Assembly: GCA_024408565.1 (NCBI GenBank)
Contig: JAKSUW010000001.1
Location: forward strand, 28,498-92,497
Source of the DNA: Bacilli bacterium
GTDB taxonomy: Bacteria > Bacillota_I > Bacilli_A > RFN20 > CAG-826
Length of the DNA: 64,000 nucleotides
Direction: 5' to 3'
The translations under genes and the position numbers were made by a program. Below, one piece after another: positions 1-10,040 of the stretch. The notes under the pieces are model-generated. The model was given only the letters and a program-made list of their open reading frames with translations, was not told the origin of the DNA and did not search any database. The first letter of the stretch is position 1, and each line of letters starts with the position of its first letter.

Positions 1-1987
1 TAACATGCGCTAAAGCACTGACATATTGACCTTGGAATTGGCCTTCACCACCACAACCTTGGCGAATCCAGGAACCATAAGGTTCGGCTCCTTTCGTGTC
101 AACGCCTGATACCAAACGATAATGATAGAGTAGACGATCTTTATCTAAGCCGAGCATCCAATCTAAATTTTCACTTTCCATTAATAGCTGGTAAGATGCA
201 GTGTTATAAGCTTCTTTAGACAAATCATTGTTTTTACGAGCGATACTTGGAACTAAAGTAGGAGTAGTTAGTGTATAGCTCTTTTTAATTGAATAAGTAC
301 CACGCGAGAAAGTCATCGTGTAATCACATTTTTTACCTTGAGCAAGGAAGTTACCTTCTTGATCAATTAAATCCAAATTTTTAGAAGTGAAATCTACTTT
401 TACACCATCATCTAAATGGCGACTTGGATAAATACGACCGCCGCCATCGCGAAGACATTGATTGATGTTAAATGATCTAACCGCTTGTTCAACCGCCGCT
501 TTATCATCATTACTATGAACATGTCCTAAAGAGTCTTGGATATCTGAATCACTTAACGCCGTTGAATACATTTTAAAATCATCTATATAACAATGTAATG
601 GTTTATCACCATAAAAATTCGTACGCCCAACATAGAAACCACAATTTTTGTTATCATACAAGAAAGATGGATAATATTGAGCTTCTTCATTACTAGTAAT
701 TAATTCACCATCAACATATACCTTACATCCATGACCGGTCATAACCATCGTGAGGTTTAACCAACGACGGATTGGCATAATATAATCAGGATTGGTAATA
801 ACCGGTTGTTGTTGCTCTTTGTCCTCATCAGGCACAATACGCAATACGCAACGGTTCGTATCATATAAATTATATTTAAAGCTCATATGACGCATTCCGT
901 CATTAGACGAAAAATCAAAAACTCGCAAATGCGTATCGTGCTCATTGCGTGGTTCAATGTAAATATTAGTTGCAATGGTTAATTCGTTATGGCCCATTAA
1001 AACCTGTTTTGGTAAATAGAAACCAGAACGATCATCGCCAGTATCATCACCTTTACCATTTAAATACACAACGTCGCGATTATCTTTGTTAACGAAACTA
1101 ACGTTTTCGCGCGCTTCTTCGTGAATAGTGCCGTTATAACCACGGACACTATCATCTAAATTTCGGTTATTAAAATTTAAATTTAAGGTATTAAAATCTT
1201 TATAATTAGCGTCGAAATCATGGTAATAATCATCTTCGCTAATCTCTGTATTATAAACACGAACATCAGCAATAGAACCAACAAAATCATTGGTGGTTGA
1301 ATGAGTAGAAGTACCGATTGTAAAGGAAGAAACGTTTTTATTTTTAAAAGAATAATTGCCATCATACGACAATAGTCTCTTTCCGTTTTGGTACACATGT
1401 AAACTAGTTGAGGAAAAAGAGAATCCAATTAATTGCCACGCATCGGGCGTTGATTCTAATGTTCCGCCAAATGGCGCTATTGTACCATGTACTTTTTCAG
1501 ATTTTGGCACATCGGTTAAATTTTGCTCTTCGCGACCATTTAATTTTGAGTATAAAGCATAACCATTCCACGAATTCGTTGAGTAAGGTGAAGCATAAAA
1601 ATATTCATCGCCACAATCTACTCCGAAAAGCGGTCGATCTGACATCGATGAAAGATTATTAGGTATACGAACCCACATAGCGACCGTAGTTATATCGTTG
1701 TTTAAAACGTTGGATGGTATACTGATGAAATTTGTGCCATGATCAGCATCGCCAAAAGTTAAAACAGAAGAGTCTTTGAACGCCCCAGTAACTCCCATAT
1801 TGGCATTTTCAATAGTGGCGTCATCATAATGGCCAACATTACCTGTATTCTTGCCTAGATTTTCTTCATCATTAAAAGCTAATCGATAAAGCAAATGTTG
1901 ATAAACTGGCGGATTAGGAGAACCACCGCAACTCGCCAACGCGCAAAGTGATGCCATCGGCACTAAAAATTTTAAAATTCTTTTCAT
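1..1987 (-). CDS. Secreted lipoprotein, partial (the C-terminus runs off the window start). After the signal peptide come LamG/concanavalin-like regions, then a DUF1680/GH127-like six-hairpin glycosidase-like region (…LDKDRLLYHYRLVSG…).
   Basis: The reverse-strand frame stays open from the ATG at 1985-1987 to position 1. The N-terminus reads MKRILKFLVPMASLCALASCGG, a lipobox. The ORF track shows no competing long ORF. The domain call is from memory of motifs and is tentative. Confidence 0.55.
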   Translation of the reverse strand, partial: MKRILKFLVPMASLCALASCGGSPNPPVYQHLLYRLAFNDEENLGKNTGNVGHYDDATIENANMGVTGAFKDSSVLTFGDADHGTNFISIPSNVLNNDITTVAMWVRIPNNLSSMSDRPLFGVDCGDEYFYASPYSTNSWNGYALYSKLNGREEQNLTDVPKSEKVHGTIAPFGGTLESTPDAWQLIGFSFSSTSLHVYQNGKRLLSYDGNYSFKNKNVSSFTIGTSTHSTTNDFVGSIADVRVYNTEISEDDYYHDFDANYKDFNTLNLNFNNRNLDDSVRGYNGTIHEEARENVSFVNKDNRDVVYLNGKGDDTGDDRSGFYLPKQVLMGHNELTIATNIYIEPRNEHDTHLRVFDFSSNDGMRHMSFKYNLYDTNRCVLRIVPDEDKEQQQPVITNPDYIMPIRRWLNLTMVMTGHGCKVYVDGELITSNEEAQYYPSFLYDNKNCGFYVGRTNFYGDKPLHCYIDDFKMYSTALSDSDIQDSLGHVHSNDDKAAVEQAVRSFNINQCLRDGGGRIYPSRHLDDGVKVDFTSKNLDLIDQEGNFLAQGKKCDYTMTFSRGTYSIKKSYTLTTPTLVPSIARKNNDLSKEAYNTASYQLLMESENLDWMLGLDKDRLLYHYRLVSGVDTKGAEPYGSWIRQGCGGEGQFQGQYVSALAHV

Positions 1988-2032
1988 ATTGTTATTATAT
2001 AACAAAAAAAGGCGAGATGTCTTTCTCGCCCT

Positions 2033-2716
2033 TTGACTAAGTGTGATATTTGCCTTTCTATTTATAACTTAATTCTTTTGTTATACAATTACTTTCGTAT
2101 GATTCCTGATTCATTGTGGGTAATGCTTCTATTGTTAGTCATATCGATTGTTTTGGCTATTGCTTTAAAAGAACAAAAAAACAGAATTTACGTTATTTTT
2201 GGCACCTTATTTGGTTTAACGGGTGATGTTTTCTTAGGAATTCACGGCATTTCGTGGCGGGCGTTCGCTGGTGGCGCAGCTTTTTTAGTAGAGCATATTA
2301 TTTATATTGTGATGTTGTTTTCGTTAATTAAAAAAGAGAAACTGAAGATATTTAATATTGGATTTTATATTGGAATTATTTTCTTTGTTATTACTACAAT
2401 CACAATTGAGGCGCTCGCCTTTACGGTCGTAAAAGATCAAAATATTGCTTTAGGATGCTTAGTGCCTTTTTATATATTAGGATTAAGCTTAAATTTAGCC
2501 TTAAATTTCTCTTATTCATACCAAAAAAAAGGCACTTACTATTTCTTTGCATTAGGCATGTTAATTTTCTTTGTTACGGATATTTGGGTTTTCTTAAATG
2601 TTCTCCACATCAATGGAGATTTAAGTAAATTTATATGGTACTTCTACCAAATCGGTCAACTCTTGCTTATAATCTTCAATAACGAATTAGATTTTAAAAG
2701 TAAAAAAGTTAGCTAA
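2033..2716 (+). CDS. YhhN-family integral membrane protein. The more likely start is M at 2099 (MIPDSLW).
   Basis: Multi-TM protein with the …FGLTGDVFLGIHG… motif typical of the YhhN/TMEM86 family. Confidence 0.5.
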   Translation: MTKCDICLSIYNLILLLYNYFRMIPDSLWVMLLLLVISIVLAIALKEQKNRIYVIFGTLFGLTGDVFLGIHGISWRAFAGGAAFLVEHIIYIVMLFSLIKKEKLKIFNIGFYIGIIFFVITTITIEALAFTVVKDQNIALGCLVPFYILGLSLNLALNFSYSYQKKGTYYFFALGMLIFFVTDIWVFLNVLHINGDLSKFIWYFYQIGQLLLIIFNNELDFKSKKVS

Positions 2717-2721
2717 TTTTT

Positions 2722-3144
2722 TTATTTAATAACGCCTTTTTTAATAATGATGTTACCGTAGATTCTTTCTTCGCCGGTCTCAATCACTAGATAGGCTTTC
2801 TTGCTTCTTTCATAGAAGGCAAAACGTTCAATCATCTTTTTCTTCACGTTCTTATCAAGACTATTAGCAATCTTATCGTATTCAGTCCAAATATCTGGAG
2901 TGGGGTCGCCATTGGTCGTTTCCATTAACATGAAGTTTTCACTCGCATAGGTATCAAGTGGGATGACCGTTAAAATCGCTTTTAACATATCCGTACCAGA
3001 AATGCCATCCGCCCGAATAACATGCGCGTTCATACTGTGGGCGGGAAAGTTTGCGTCCGCGATGACAAGTTCATCGCCATGCCCCATTTCGCTTAACGCT
3101 TTGAGTAATTCTGGACTTAAGAGTTTCGGAGTGTTTTTTAACAT
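2722..3144 (-). CDS. fucU: L-fucose mutarotase / D-ribose pyranase (RbsD/FucU family).
   Basis: 140 aa. MLKNTPKLLSPELLKALSEMGHGDELVIADANFP… and RFAFYERSKKAYLVIETGE…YGNIIIKKGV align closely with E. coli FucU as I recall it. Confidence 0.8.
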   Translation of the reverse strand: MLKNTPKLLSPELLKALSEMGHGDELVIADANFPAHSMNAHVIRADGISGTDMLKAILTVIPLDTYASENFMLMETTNGDPTPDIWTEYDKIANSLDKNVKKKMIERFAFYERSKKAYLVIETGEERIYGNIIIKKGVIK

Positions 3145-3155
3145 AATGCTTCCCC

Positions 3156-4718
3156 TTATTTAGCGGTTTCGCTCGCCCGGTATTCCCGGATAACGTTAAT
3201 CTTAATTTCGCCTGGATAGGTGACACCGGCTTCAATCTTTTCTTTGAGTTTTCTGGCTAATTTAAAGGCCGCATCATCGTTAATTTCTTCTGGCACCACC
3301 ATAACACGAACCTCACGTCCAGATTGCATCGCAAAGGCTTTGGCGACACCTGGTTCTTCCGTACAAACTTTCTCTAACGCTTCAATCCGTTGGATATAAG
3401 TTTCCATGGTTTCGCTTCTTGCGCCTGGACGCGCTGCACTTAAAGTATCAGCGGTGGCAACTAAGGTCGCAATCACGAACTTACTTTCACTATCACCATG
3501 GTGCGAAGCAATCGCGTTCACGACCACATCGGGTTCACCATATTTTTTCGCTAAGCGAGCACCAAGTTCTACGTGAGTGCCATCAACTTCGTAGTCAATC
3601 GCTTTGCCAATATCGTGTAATAAACCAGCGCGCTTGGCAGCGACTTGGTCTAAGCCTAATTCTGCGGCCATAATACCCGCTAAATAAGCAACGTCCATTG
3701 AGTGATCATAAGCGTTTTGACCATAGGAACTTCTAAATTTTAACCGACCGACATAGTCAAGTAATTCGGGAGCAATGTGGGGTAAGCCTAATTTAAAGGC
3801 GGCTTCTTGTCCCGCTTTATGGATTTGTTCATTCATTTCTTCCGCCGCTTTCTTCGCGTACTCTTCAATTCTTGAAGGTTGGATTCTTCCGTCTTTCATT
3901 AAATATTCGAGTGTCCGACGAGCAATCTCACGCCGTAAGGGGTTAAAGGAACTCACGGTAATGACTTCAGGGGTATCGTCGATAATTAAATCAACACCGA
4001 GCAATTGTTCAAGGGTATGAATGTTACGACCTTCACGACCAATAATCCGCCCTTTCATTTCATCACTTGGTAGTTGAACGGTGGTGACACTATGCATCGT
4101 GATTTCGTCTTGCGCATATTTATTAGTGGCTAAAGCAATGAGGTTACGCGCTTTATCCGCGGCTTTTTCTTCCGCTTCTTCTAAGCGTTTCTTCATATAA
4201 CCCGTAATTTCGTTATCCATCTTATCCTTCACTTGGGCTAAGACTTCTTTCCGGGCTTCTTCTTTGCTCATCTTGGCGACTTTTTCAAGTTCGACAATGA
4301 TAGAATCAATCTTCTTTTGAAGTTCGGCTTGTTTACTTTCGGTGACTTTTAATTCACTATCAAGCTTTGCTTGCTTGGCGTCTAAGATCTTTTCCTTTTC
4401 GTTTAGATTAACATCGCGACGTTCGATGTTATTCTCCCGTTGATTAAGTTTGTTTTCTAAGCTCACCACTTCGGCTTTTCTTTCCTTAATCTCTTTGTCC
4501 GCTTCTTGTTTCATTTCGTAAGCGGTTTGTTTGGCCTCGACCTGCGCGGTATGAAGTATTTTGTTACTTCTTTCTTCGGCAGCGGCAATAATTTTTTCGG
4601 CCTTCTTGTTCGCATTAGTACCTTTTTTATTTTGGATAATTAAAAAGATGACTAAACCAATGCACGCTAAAATAGCGACAACGGCAATCGCGAGAAAGGC
4701 TCCTGCTAAACCTGTCAT
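3156..4718 (-). CDS. rny: Ribonuclease Y (N-terminal TM, coiled coil, KH and HD domains).
   Basis: 520 aa with an N-terminal TM helix, a KH motif (GRIIGREGRNI) and an HD domain (HSMDVAYLAG…LLHDIGKA). An AGGAGG RBS precedes the ATG. Confidence 0.92.
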   Translation of the reverse strand: MTGLAGAFLAIAVVAILACIGLVIFLIIQNKKGTNANKKAEKIIAAAEERSNKILHTAQVEAKQTAYEMKQEADKEIKERKAEVVSLENKLNQRENNIERRDVNLNEKEKILDAKQAKLDSELKVTESKQAELQKKIDSIIVELEKVAKMSKEEARKEVLAQVKDKMDNEITGYMKKRLEEAEEKAADKARNLIALATNKYAQDEITMHSVTTVQLPSDEMKGRIIGREGRNIHTLEQLLGVDLIIDDTPEVITVSSFNPLRREIARRTLEYLMKDGRIQPSRIEEYAKKAAEEMNEQIHKAGQEAAFKLGLPHIAPELLDYVGRLKFRSSYGQNAYDHSMDVAYLAGIMAAELGLDQVAAKRAGLLHDIGKAIDYEVDGTHVELGARLAKKYGEPDVVVNAIASHHGDSESKFVIATLVATADTLSAARPGARSETMETYIQRIEALEKVCTEEPGVAKAFAMQSGREVRVMVVPEEINDDAAFKLARKLKEKIEAGVTYPGEIKINVIREYRASETAK

Positions 4719-4845
4719 AAGGTTTCCTCCTAAAAAATCGTAATAGTTACTAAAAGAAATATGATTTATATATAACTTTAAGAAATATTAACTGGGATAC
4801 GAACGCTCGTATCGCATAACTATTATATATAATAATTGTTAATAA

Positions 4846-4881
4846 AAAATAAAAAATAAAAAGAGACCCTATGGGTCTCTC
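4846..4881 (-). terminator. Rho-independent terminator (hairpin AGAGACCC-TAT-GGGTCTCT plus U-tract) after the 214-aa gene.
   Basis: Perfect 8-bp inverted repeat at 4863-4880. An A-run on the plus strand becomes the U-tract on the minus strand. Confidence 0.7.
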
Positions 4882-4886
4882 TTGGT

Positions 4887-5531
4887 TTACTTTAGCAAAC
4901 TTTTTACTTTCTTTTTGTAATCATCAATGTGATTGAAGAAGATTTCTTTCATTTCGTTCGCGGTTAAAGCGGGGTCTTCTTTCTCTTTTCGGTTATCAAC
5001 ACTAATAAAAGCTTCATAAATCTCTGCGAAGGTTGGTAAAACATCTAAAAGGCGGTTCCGTTTACTTAACCGATTCACCACTTGGAAGGCTTTCATCATC
5101 CGGACACGAATGGGTTCAATATATTCAAAGATACAAGTTTTAAAATAAAGAACATCTTCAGGCGTTTGGTCCGGCAACATTAAATAAGTGCATTTAAACC
5201 GCTTATCGTTCTTTTTAAGAGTGTCCGCTAAATAGTGATCAAGCCGTAATTCAAAATCACCAATATCAGCAATATATAGCATTTCTAAATACGACACTTT
5301 TTCATTTGAAGTACCAACATCTAATAAAGAATATTGTAAAAGTTCATTGAAGTCCTTCCGCATATTCTTAAAACCCATTGAATCGGGCGAATCGTTTAAT
5401 TTCTTACTTTTATCGTTAAATAACTCTTTTCGCGCGGTTAAGGGTAAAACACAATAAAGTTTAAATAAATGTTGAATCATTTCTTCATAGGCGACTTTTC
5501 CACGCCGGAAGATATCAGGGATTTGTTCCAT
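4887..5531 (-). CDS. Hypothetical cytoplasmic protein (214 aa).
   Basis: Intact ORF with host-like codon usage. No motif recognised. Confidence 0.45.
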   Translation of the reverse strand: MEQIPDIFRRGKVAYEEMIQHLFKLYCVLPLTARKELFNDKSKKLNDSPDSMGFKNMRKDFNELLQYSLLDVGTSNEKVSYLEMLYIADIGDFELRLDHYLADTLKKNDKRFKCTYLMLPDQTPEDVLYFKTCIFEYIEPIRVRMMKAFQVVNRLSKRNRLLDVLPTFAEIYEAFISVDNRKEKEDPALTANEMKEIFFNHIDDYKKKVKSLLK

Positions 5532-5585
5532 AAATTACCTCACTCTGGGGTGATTATAGCAAAACGCCACTAGTGATTTCAAATA

Positions 5586-5612
5586 ATTTAAAAAAGCACC
5601 CCATAGGGGTGC
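5586..5612 (-). terminator. Rho-independent terminator (GCACCCC-ATA-GGGGTGC) after the 246-aa membrane gene.
   Basis: 7-bp GC-rich inverted repeat at 5596-5612 flanked by T/A runs. Confidence 0.7.
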
Positions 5613-5631
5613 TTATTTTTAACTTATCTTT

Positions 5632-6372
5632 TTATTTTTTTAGGATTTGTCTAGCTAATTTATTAGCGGTAGCTTGGTTCGCCACGATGTTCCGGTAATG
5701 GATCCGTGAACGATACGCTAAGATAAGACCCACCACATATAATGGATTAAGCCAAATAAGCATATAATAAATAACTTTTTGACCAACCGTGTAACTAGCG
5801 AAAGTATCAAGTGTATAGATTGTCATTAAGATACCAATTGTCACTGAGACAACTAAAGCAACTAATAAATAGATACCAGTTAATTTCTTGTTAGTTAAGC
5901 GTTGGGCAGCGCCAAACACCATTACTGCGACAATCGCGTCCGCCACAGCACAAATCGTACCAACCACAAACTTTTCGCCCAAAACATCCACATTATAACA
6001 ATCAGCGGCAATCGAAATAATCGCTAGTAAGGTGATTGTGTAAAACGGTATATATAGGAAAGCGTGGGAGCGTTTATGACCAAAAATCGTGTAAATACAA
6101 AGTGAGAGCCCTGCTAAAATAGAAGCTGCTCCTGCTATGTAAGTCATCCAAATATTATAAGGAGCAAAGCCTTCTTCTTTCGCGTAGTGAAAAGCGAAAC
6201 CGCCAACGACTAAGCCGGCCGCAAGAATGGCGAAGTTAAAAATCCATTCAGCTAAGATGCCTAAGCCATTCGAGAATTTGTGTTCACTCGGCATTTTTAA
6301 ATGAGTGAGGGCTTCAACCCGGGCCGCTTGTTGACTCTTAGCAGTTAATTTTGTTATTCGTTTTTTTGCCAT
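5632..6372 (-). CDS. Integral membrane protein of unknown function (246 aa, about 6 TM helices).
   Basis: Hydrophobic-segment pattern. It lies between recA and rny, as pbpX does in Bacillus, but no PBP motifs are present. Confidence 0.45.
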   Translation of the reverse strand: MAKKRITKLTAKSQQAARVEALTHLKMPSEHKFSNGLGILAEWIFNFAILAAGLVVGGFAFHYAKEEGFAPYNIWMTYIAGAASILAGLSLCIYTIFGHKRSHAFLYIPFYTITLLAIISIAADCYNVDVLGEKFVVGTICAVADAIVAVMVFGAAQRLTNKKLTGIYLLVALVVSVTIGILMTIYTLDTFASYTVGQKVIYYMLIWLNPLYVVGLILAYRSRIHYRNIVANQATANKLARQILKK

Positions 6373-6410
6373 AGAAAATCTCCCTACTTCTCTACATTAT
6401 AGCAAATTAT

Positions 6411-7424
6411 CTAATCTTTTGTTGTTTTCGTCTTATCGTCGTTTTTCTCGTCTTTAATACGCGCTAAAAGGTCATCGATTAAGGCTGGATGGTCTTTTAA
6501 ATAGTCTTTCGCGGTTTCGCGCCCTTGACCAATCTTCTCACCATCAAGTTCATACCAAGAACCAGCTTTTTTAATAAAGCCTTTCGCAATGGCCATATCT
6601 AAAATTTCGCTTTGGATCGAAATGCCTTGGCCATAAATAATATCGATTAAACAACTCTTAAATGGTGGCGCAACTTTGTTCTTCACCACTTTTACTTTCA
6701 CGGTGTTACCGATAATGTCGTTACCATCTTTAATGGCTTCGCTCCGCCGGATATCTAAACGAACCGTCGCATAGAATTTTAGTGCGCGGCCACCCGTAGT
6801 GGTTTCGGGGTTACCATACATCACCCCCACCTTTTCTCTTAATTGGTTAATAAAGATGACTGTGGTGTGAGTTTTATTTAAAACGCCCGCTAATTTACGC
6901 ATCGCTTTGCTCATTAAACGTGCTTGTAAACCAACTTGGTTATCACTCATGACGCCATCAATTTCCGCTTGGGGAACTAAGGCGGCTACCGAGTCAACCA
7001 CAATAATCGAAATTTCTCCTGATTGAGCTAACATTTCAGTAATTTCTAGTGCCTCTTCACCACTATCAGGTTGCGATAAGATTAATTCATCAATATCAAC
7101 CCCTAAGTGTTTCGCGTACACTGGATCAATTGAATGCTCAGCGTCGACAAACGCCGCTTTCCCGCCTTTCTTTTGGGCTTCGGCAATCGCGTGTAAGGCT
7201 AAAGTGGTTTTACCACTACTTTCGGGTCCGTAGATTTCAATAATCCGACCTTTTGGATAACCACCAACACCTAAAGTGTTATCAAGTAATAAGGAACCAG
7301 TGGAAATCGTATCAACATCCACGGGTGGACGGTCACCTAAGCGCATCACGCTTCCTTTCCCATAAATCTTCTCAATACTTTTTAAAGCATTTTCGAGATT
7401 AACATTTTTTTCTTCTTTTGACAT
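6411..7424 (-). CDS. recA: Recombinase RecA.
   Basis: Walker [13 protein letters not shown] and the canonical RecA core, 337 aa. Confidence 0.97.
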   Translation of the reverse strand: MSKEEKNVNLENALKSIEKIYGKGSVMRLGDRPPVDVDTISTGSLLLDNTLGVGGYPKGRIIEIYGPESSGKTTLALHAIAEAQKKGGKAAFVDAEHSIDPVYAKHLGVDIDELILSQPDSGEEALEITEMLAQSGEISIIVVDSVAALVPQAEIDGVMSDNQVGLQARLMSKAMRKLAGVLNKTHTTVIFINQLREKVGVMYGNPETTTGGRALKFYATVRLDIRRSEAIKDGNDIIGNTVKVKVVKNKVAPPFKSCLIDIIYGQGISIQSEILDMAIAKGFIKKAGSWYELDGEKIGQGRETAKDYLKDHPALIDDLLARIKDEKNDDKTKTTKD

Positions 7425-7455
7425 ATCTTGTCCTCCTACTTATAAATACGGAAAA

Positions 7456-7944
7456 TTACTTCTTCAGTTGACGCACAATTTTTAAAGTTTCCTCAATCAT
7501 CGTGGTCACAACCTTCGCTCTAATCGTGTTTCTCGAACCATGATAGACATGATAAATATTTTTTATTAAACCACGCTTTGGTTTACATAATATAGCGATA
7601 TGAACTCCTCCTACGGGAGCACCACCGGGTTCTTTACTTGGCCCCGCGTTACCCGTACAAGTGACCACTAAATCAGTTTTTAATAACTTCTCGCCTTCTT
7701 GTGCCATTGCGGTAGCAATCTCTTTGCTCACAACACCATATTTTTTGATTGTCGTAGATTTAATACCGAGTAAAGCAGTTTTAAAATTACTTTGATATGT
7801 TACAAGTCCACCACGAACAACTTTAGAAGCACCTGGGACTTCGGCTAAAGTGGCCACAAATAAACCCGCGGTTAACGATTCAACACTACCAATGGTTAAA
7901 TGATGCTTAGTTAATAATCTAACTAACTTAGTGGCGTTTTCCAT
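7456..7944 (-). CDS. cinA: CinA C-terminal domain protein (PncC-type NMN deamidase domain only).
   Basis: 162 aa. …SVESLTAGLFVATLAEVPGASKVVRGGLVTYQS… matches the CinA_C motif. The N-terminal MoCF domain is absent. Confidence 0.75.
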   Translation of the reverse strand: MENATKLVRLLTKHHLTIGSVESLTAGLFVATLAEVPGASKVVRGGLVTYQSNFKTALLGIKSTTIKKYGVVSKEIATAMAQEGEKLLKTDLVVTCTGNAGPSKEPGGAPVGGVHIAILCKPKRGLIKNIYHVYHGSRNTIRAKVVTTMIEETLKIVRQLKK

Positions 7945-8488
7945 GACTTAATCCTTTAATTAATTTATTTAAATCAACGGGTGCGTATTTAGTTTTCTCA
8001 ACACAAACGCAACAACAATTCTTCACCTTATCTAATGGGGTCTTTTTGTGATGGGTATGTCCATAAATATAAAGAAAATCTTTACTGACATCCGTTAGTT
8101 TTGGTGGTTCATGCATTAAAATCACGTGAGGATTGTAGAGAATAGGTTTCCTTACTGCTTCTAGAAATCCAAGGTCTAGATAATATTGTGGCTTTTTCGC
8201 ATCGTGATTACCCATAATTAAAATCTTTTGGCCTTTCAGCATATGGGTTAAATTTAATAGTTTTTGTTTATCTTTATGTTTTAAAGCGTAATCGCCTAAG
8301 ACATAAACGATGTCATTATCTTTTACTACTTTATTCCATCTTTGCATTAACACTTTGTGCATTTCTTTTAGTGATTTAAAAGGCCGATGACACGCTTTAA
8401 CGATTTCCCAATGAAAGAAATGGGGATCAGCAATGACAAAAACGTGCTTGGCCTTTTGTTCAATATTTTGCATTTGTTGATTATTCAT
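7928..8488 (-). CDS. Calcineurin-like metallophosphoesterase.
   Basis: DPHFFHW…VLGDYA…GNHD…GHTH metallophosphoesterase signature motifs. Confidence 0.7.
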   Translation of the reverse strand: MNNQQMQNIEQKAKHVFVIADPHFFHWEIVKACHRPFKSLKEMHKVLMQRWNKVVKDNDIVYVLGDYALKHKDKQKLLNLTHMLKGQKILIMGNHDAKKPQYYLDLGFLEAVRKPILYNPHVILMHEPPKLTDVSKDFLYIYGHTHHKKTPLDKVKNCCCVCVEKTKYAPVDLNKLIKGLSHGKRH

Positions 8489-8490
8489 AT

Positions 8491-9207
8491 TTATTTACTT
8501 GGTTTTAAAACCTTACGGTTTTGGATGACATAGATTACACCACTTATAAGGGAAAGAGCCGTGGTTAAATAAACAAAGATGGCGACAATTCGACTCGCTT
8601 GAGGCCAAGTGTAGTCAAAATAGCTAAACGGCCAGCCGTTAAGTAACACTAATGGGATAGTAATCATTTGGGCAACCGTTTTGGCTTTACCAAAGATGTT
8701 AGCCGCAATCACAATCTTCTTTTGGGCAGCGATAAATCTTAAAGCGTCAACCACAATATCGCGTCCCACCATTAAGATGACGCAATACGCAGGGATGATA
8801 TATTGTTTTCCAACCGGCCAAGAAGCAAATTCGTTATAAATCGCTAAGAAGATTAATAAAGAATTGACCAATAATTTATCGGCAATCGGATCTAAGAACT
8901 TGCCTAAATCAGTCACTTGGTTATTTTTTCTTGCTAGATAACCATCTAAGGCATCGGTTGAAGCCGCGATGATAAAGATAATGCACACCACAAAATAAAC
9001 AACATTAATTGGGGTATCGCCTAGTGAGATGGAAAAGATCGGAAGAAAGAAATCACGATTCACCGCACACAAGATTTCAATCGTCGCTAAACCTAAGATC
9101 ATTAAAACGACTAGGATAATGCGCGAAAAAGTAATTTTTGTTGGCGTATTCATAGACAAAAATATTATACAATAATATTTTGTAATTAACACAAAAGTTA
9201 ATGTCAA
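8491..9207 (-). CDS. pgsA: CDP-diacylglycerol--glycerol-3-phosphate 3-phosphatidyltransferase.
   Basis: CDP-alcohol phosphotransferase motif DALDGYLARK…G…D. Multi-TM. Synteny pgsA-cinA-recA as in Bacillus. Confidence 0.85.
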   Translation of the reverse strand: MTLTFVLITKYYCIIFLSMNTPTKITFSRIILVVLMILGLATIEILCAVNRDFFLPIFSISLGDTPINVVYFVVCIIFIIAASTDALDGYLARKNNQVTDLGKFLDPIADKLLVNSLLIFLAIYNEFASWPVGKQYIIPAYCVILMVGRDIVVDALRFIAAQKKIVIAANIFGKAKTVAQMITIPLVLLNGWPFSYFDYTWPQASRIVAIFVYLTTALSLISGVIYVIQNRKVLKPSK

Positions 9208-9229
9208 TTTATATCAAACATTATCTTAT

Positions 9230-9255
9230 AAATAAAAATCTACCTCGCGGTAGAT
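9230..9255 (-). terminator. Rho-independent terminator of rnpB (TCTACCGCGAGGTAGA plus U-tract on the minus strand).
   Basis: Perfect 6-bp stem with a TCGC loop at 9239-9254, followed by A5 on the plus strand. Confidence 0.7.
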
Positions 9256-9261
9256 TGTTAA

Positions 9262-9597
9262 TTGGTCTCCGACCCGATAAGCCATGTTTTGTCGTGGGTG
9301 ACAATTTATCTAAGCATTGCTTATAGGTCCTCACTTCAGTTCGTGGTTCCTATTTCCCTTACCATTATTTAGGTTTCTCGCTTGTGGGGTTTACCAACGT
9401 TTCACTCTGCTAATTCCTTAGCAGCTCGTCTCTGTGGCACTTTCAGGAGCTTATTGTCCTTTAGGGATGCGGCTCCGCCGTTATACACCGCTATACCTAG
9501 CGTTATTTTTTCCGCTAGCACAATCACTACTAACATCTCAGTTAGTGCGAGCATGGACTTTCCTCTAGTTAACTAGTAGTCACCTAGGTCGGAGTGT
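9262..9597 (-). ncRNA. rnpB: RNase P RNA, type B.
   Basis: The minus strand contains UAGAGGAAAGUCCAUGCUCGCAC (P4 region), which matches B. subtilis rnpB as I remember it. The P1 helix is CUCCGACC (5') paired with GGUCGGAG (3'). A TTGCAA-17-TAATAT promoter sits just upstream and a terminator downstream. Confidence 0.85.
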
Positions 9598-9740
9598 AGA
9601 TATATTACATTCTTGATGATAATTTTGCAAATCAGCCATATTTATCAGTTAGGTTCTTGTTAGTTATTTTATATAATTATTGCTAATATATTAGCGTTTT
9701 ACTTGCTTTTTATCTATAAAATGATAATATATTAACAATT

Positions 9741-10040
9741 ATGAAAGAACAAACACGCTTAATCGATATTGGTGATTTTATTAGCATTACTACACCAGAA
9801 AAAATGAAATTAATCATTTTACGTAATGTTATTGCGCGGAGAAAAGAAAGAAAGATATCGCAAATAGCTTTAGCCGAAAAAGCCAAAGTCAGCTATGGAT
9901 CGATTCGTCGTTTCGAAAAAACGGGCGAAATATCATTAAATTCATTACTAAAAATCGCTTTGGCCTTAGATTGCATTGAAGATTTTCGCGAAGTCTTTTC
10001 TCACGCGATTATTACTAATCTTAAGGACTATCAACCATGA
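9741..10040 (+). CDS. hipB: XRE-family HTH transcriptional regulator (HipB-like antitoxin candidate).
   Basis: 99 aa. The HTH reads …ISQIALAEKAKVSYGSIRRFEKTGEISLNSLLKIALAL. The stop overlaps the hipA-like start by 4 nt (ATGA). Confidence 0.65.
   Translation: MKEQTRLIDIGDFISITTPEKMKLIILRNVIARRKERKISQIALAEKAKVSYGSIRRFEKTGEISLNSLLKIALALDCIEDFREVFSHAIITNLKDYQP

Noticed and set aside
1183-1662. Three small ORFs from the track (1183-1428 minus, 1356-1562 plus, 1408-1662 plus).
   Set aside because: They lie inside, in other frames or antisense to, the continuous lipoprotein reading frame that runs from 1987 to the window edge. Low-complexity translations, no RBS. Artefacts.
2701-2740. TTAGCTAA palindrome plus T-runs between the convergent YhhN-like gene and fucU, as a terminator.
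   Set aside because: Stem of only 3-4 bp. Too weak to call.
9382-9576. 64-aa plus-strand ORF.
   Set aside because: Lies entirely within the RNase P RNA gene (antisense).
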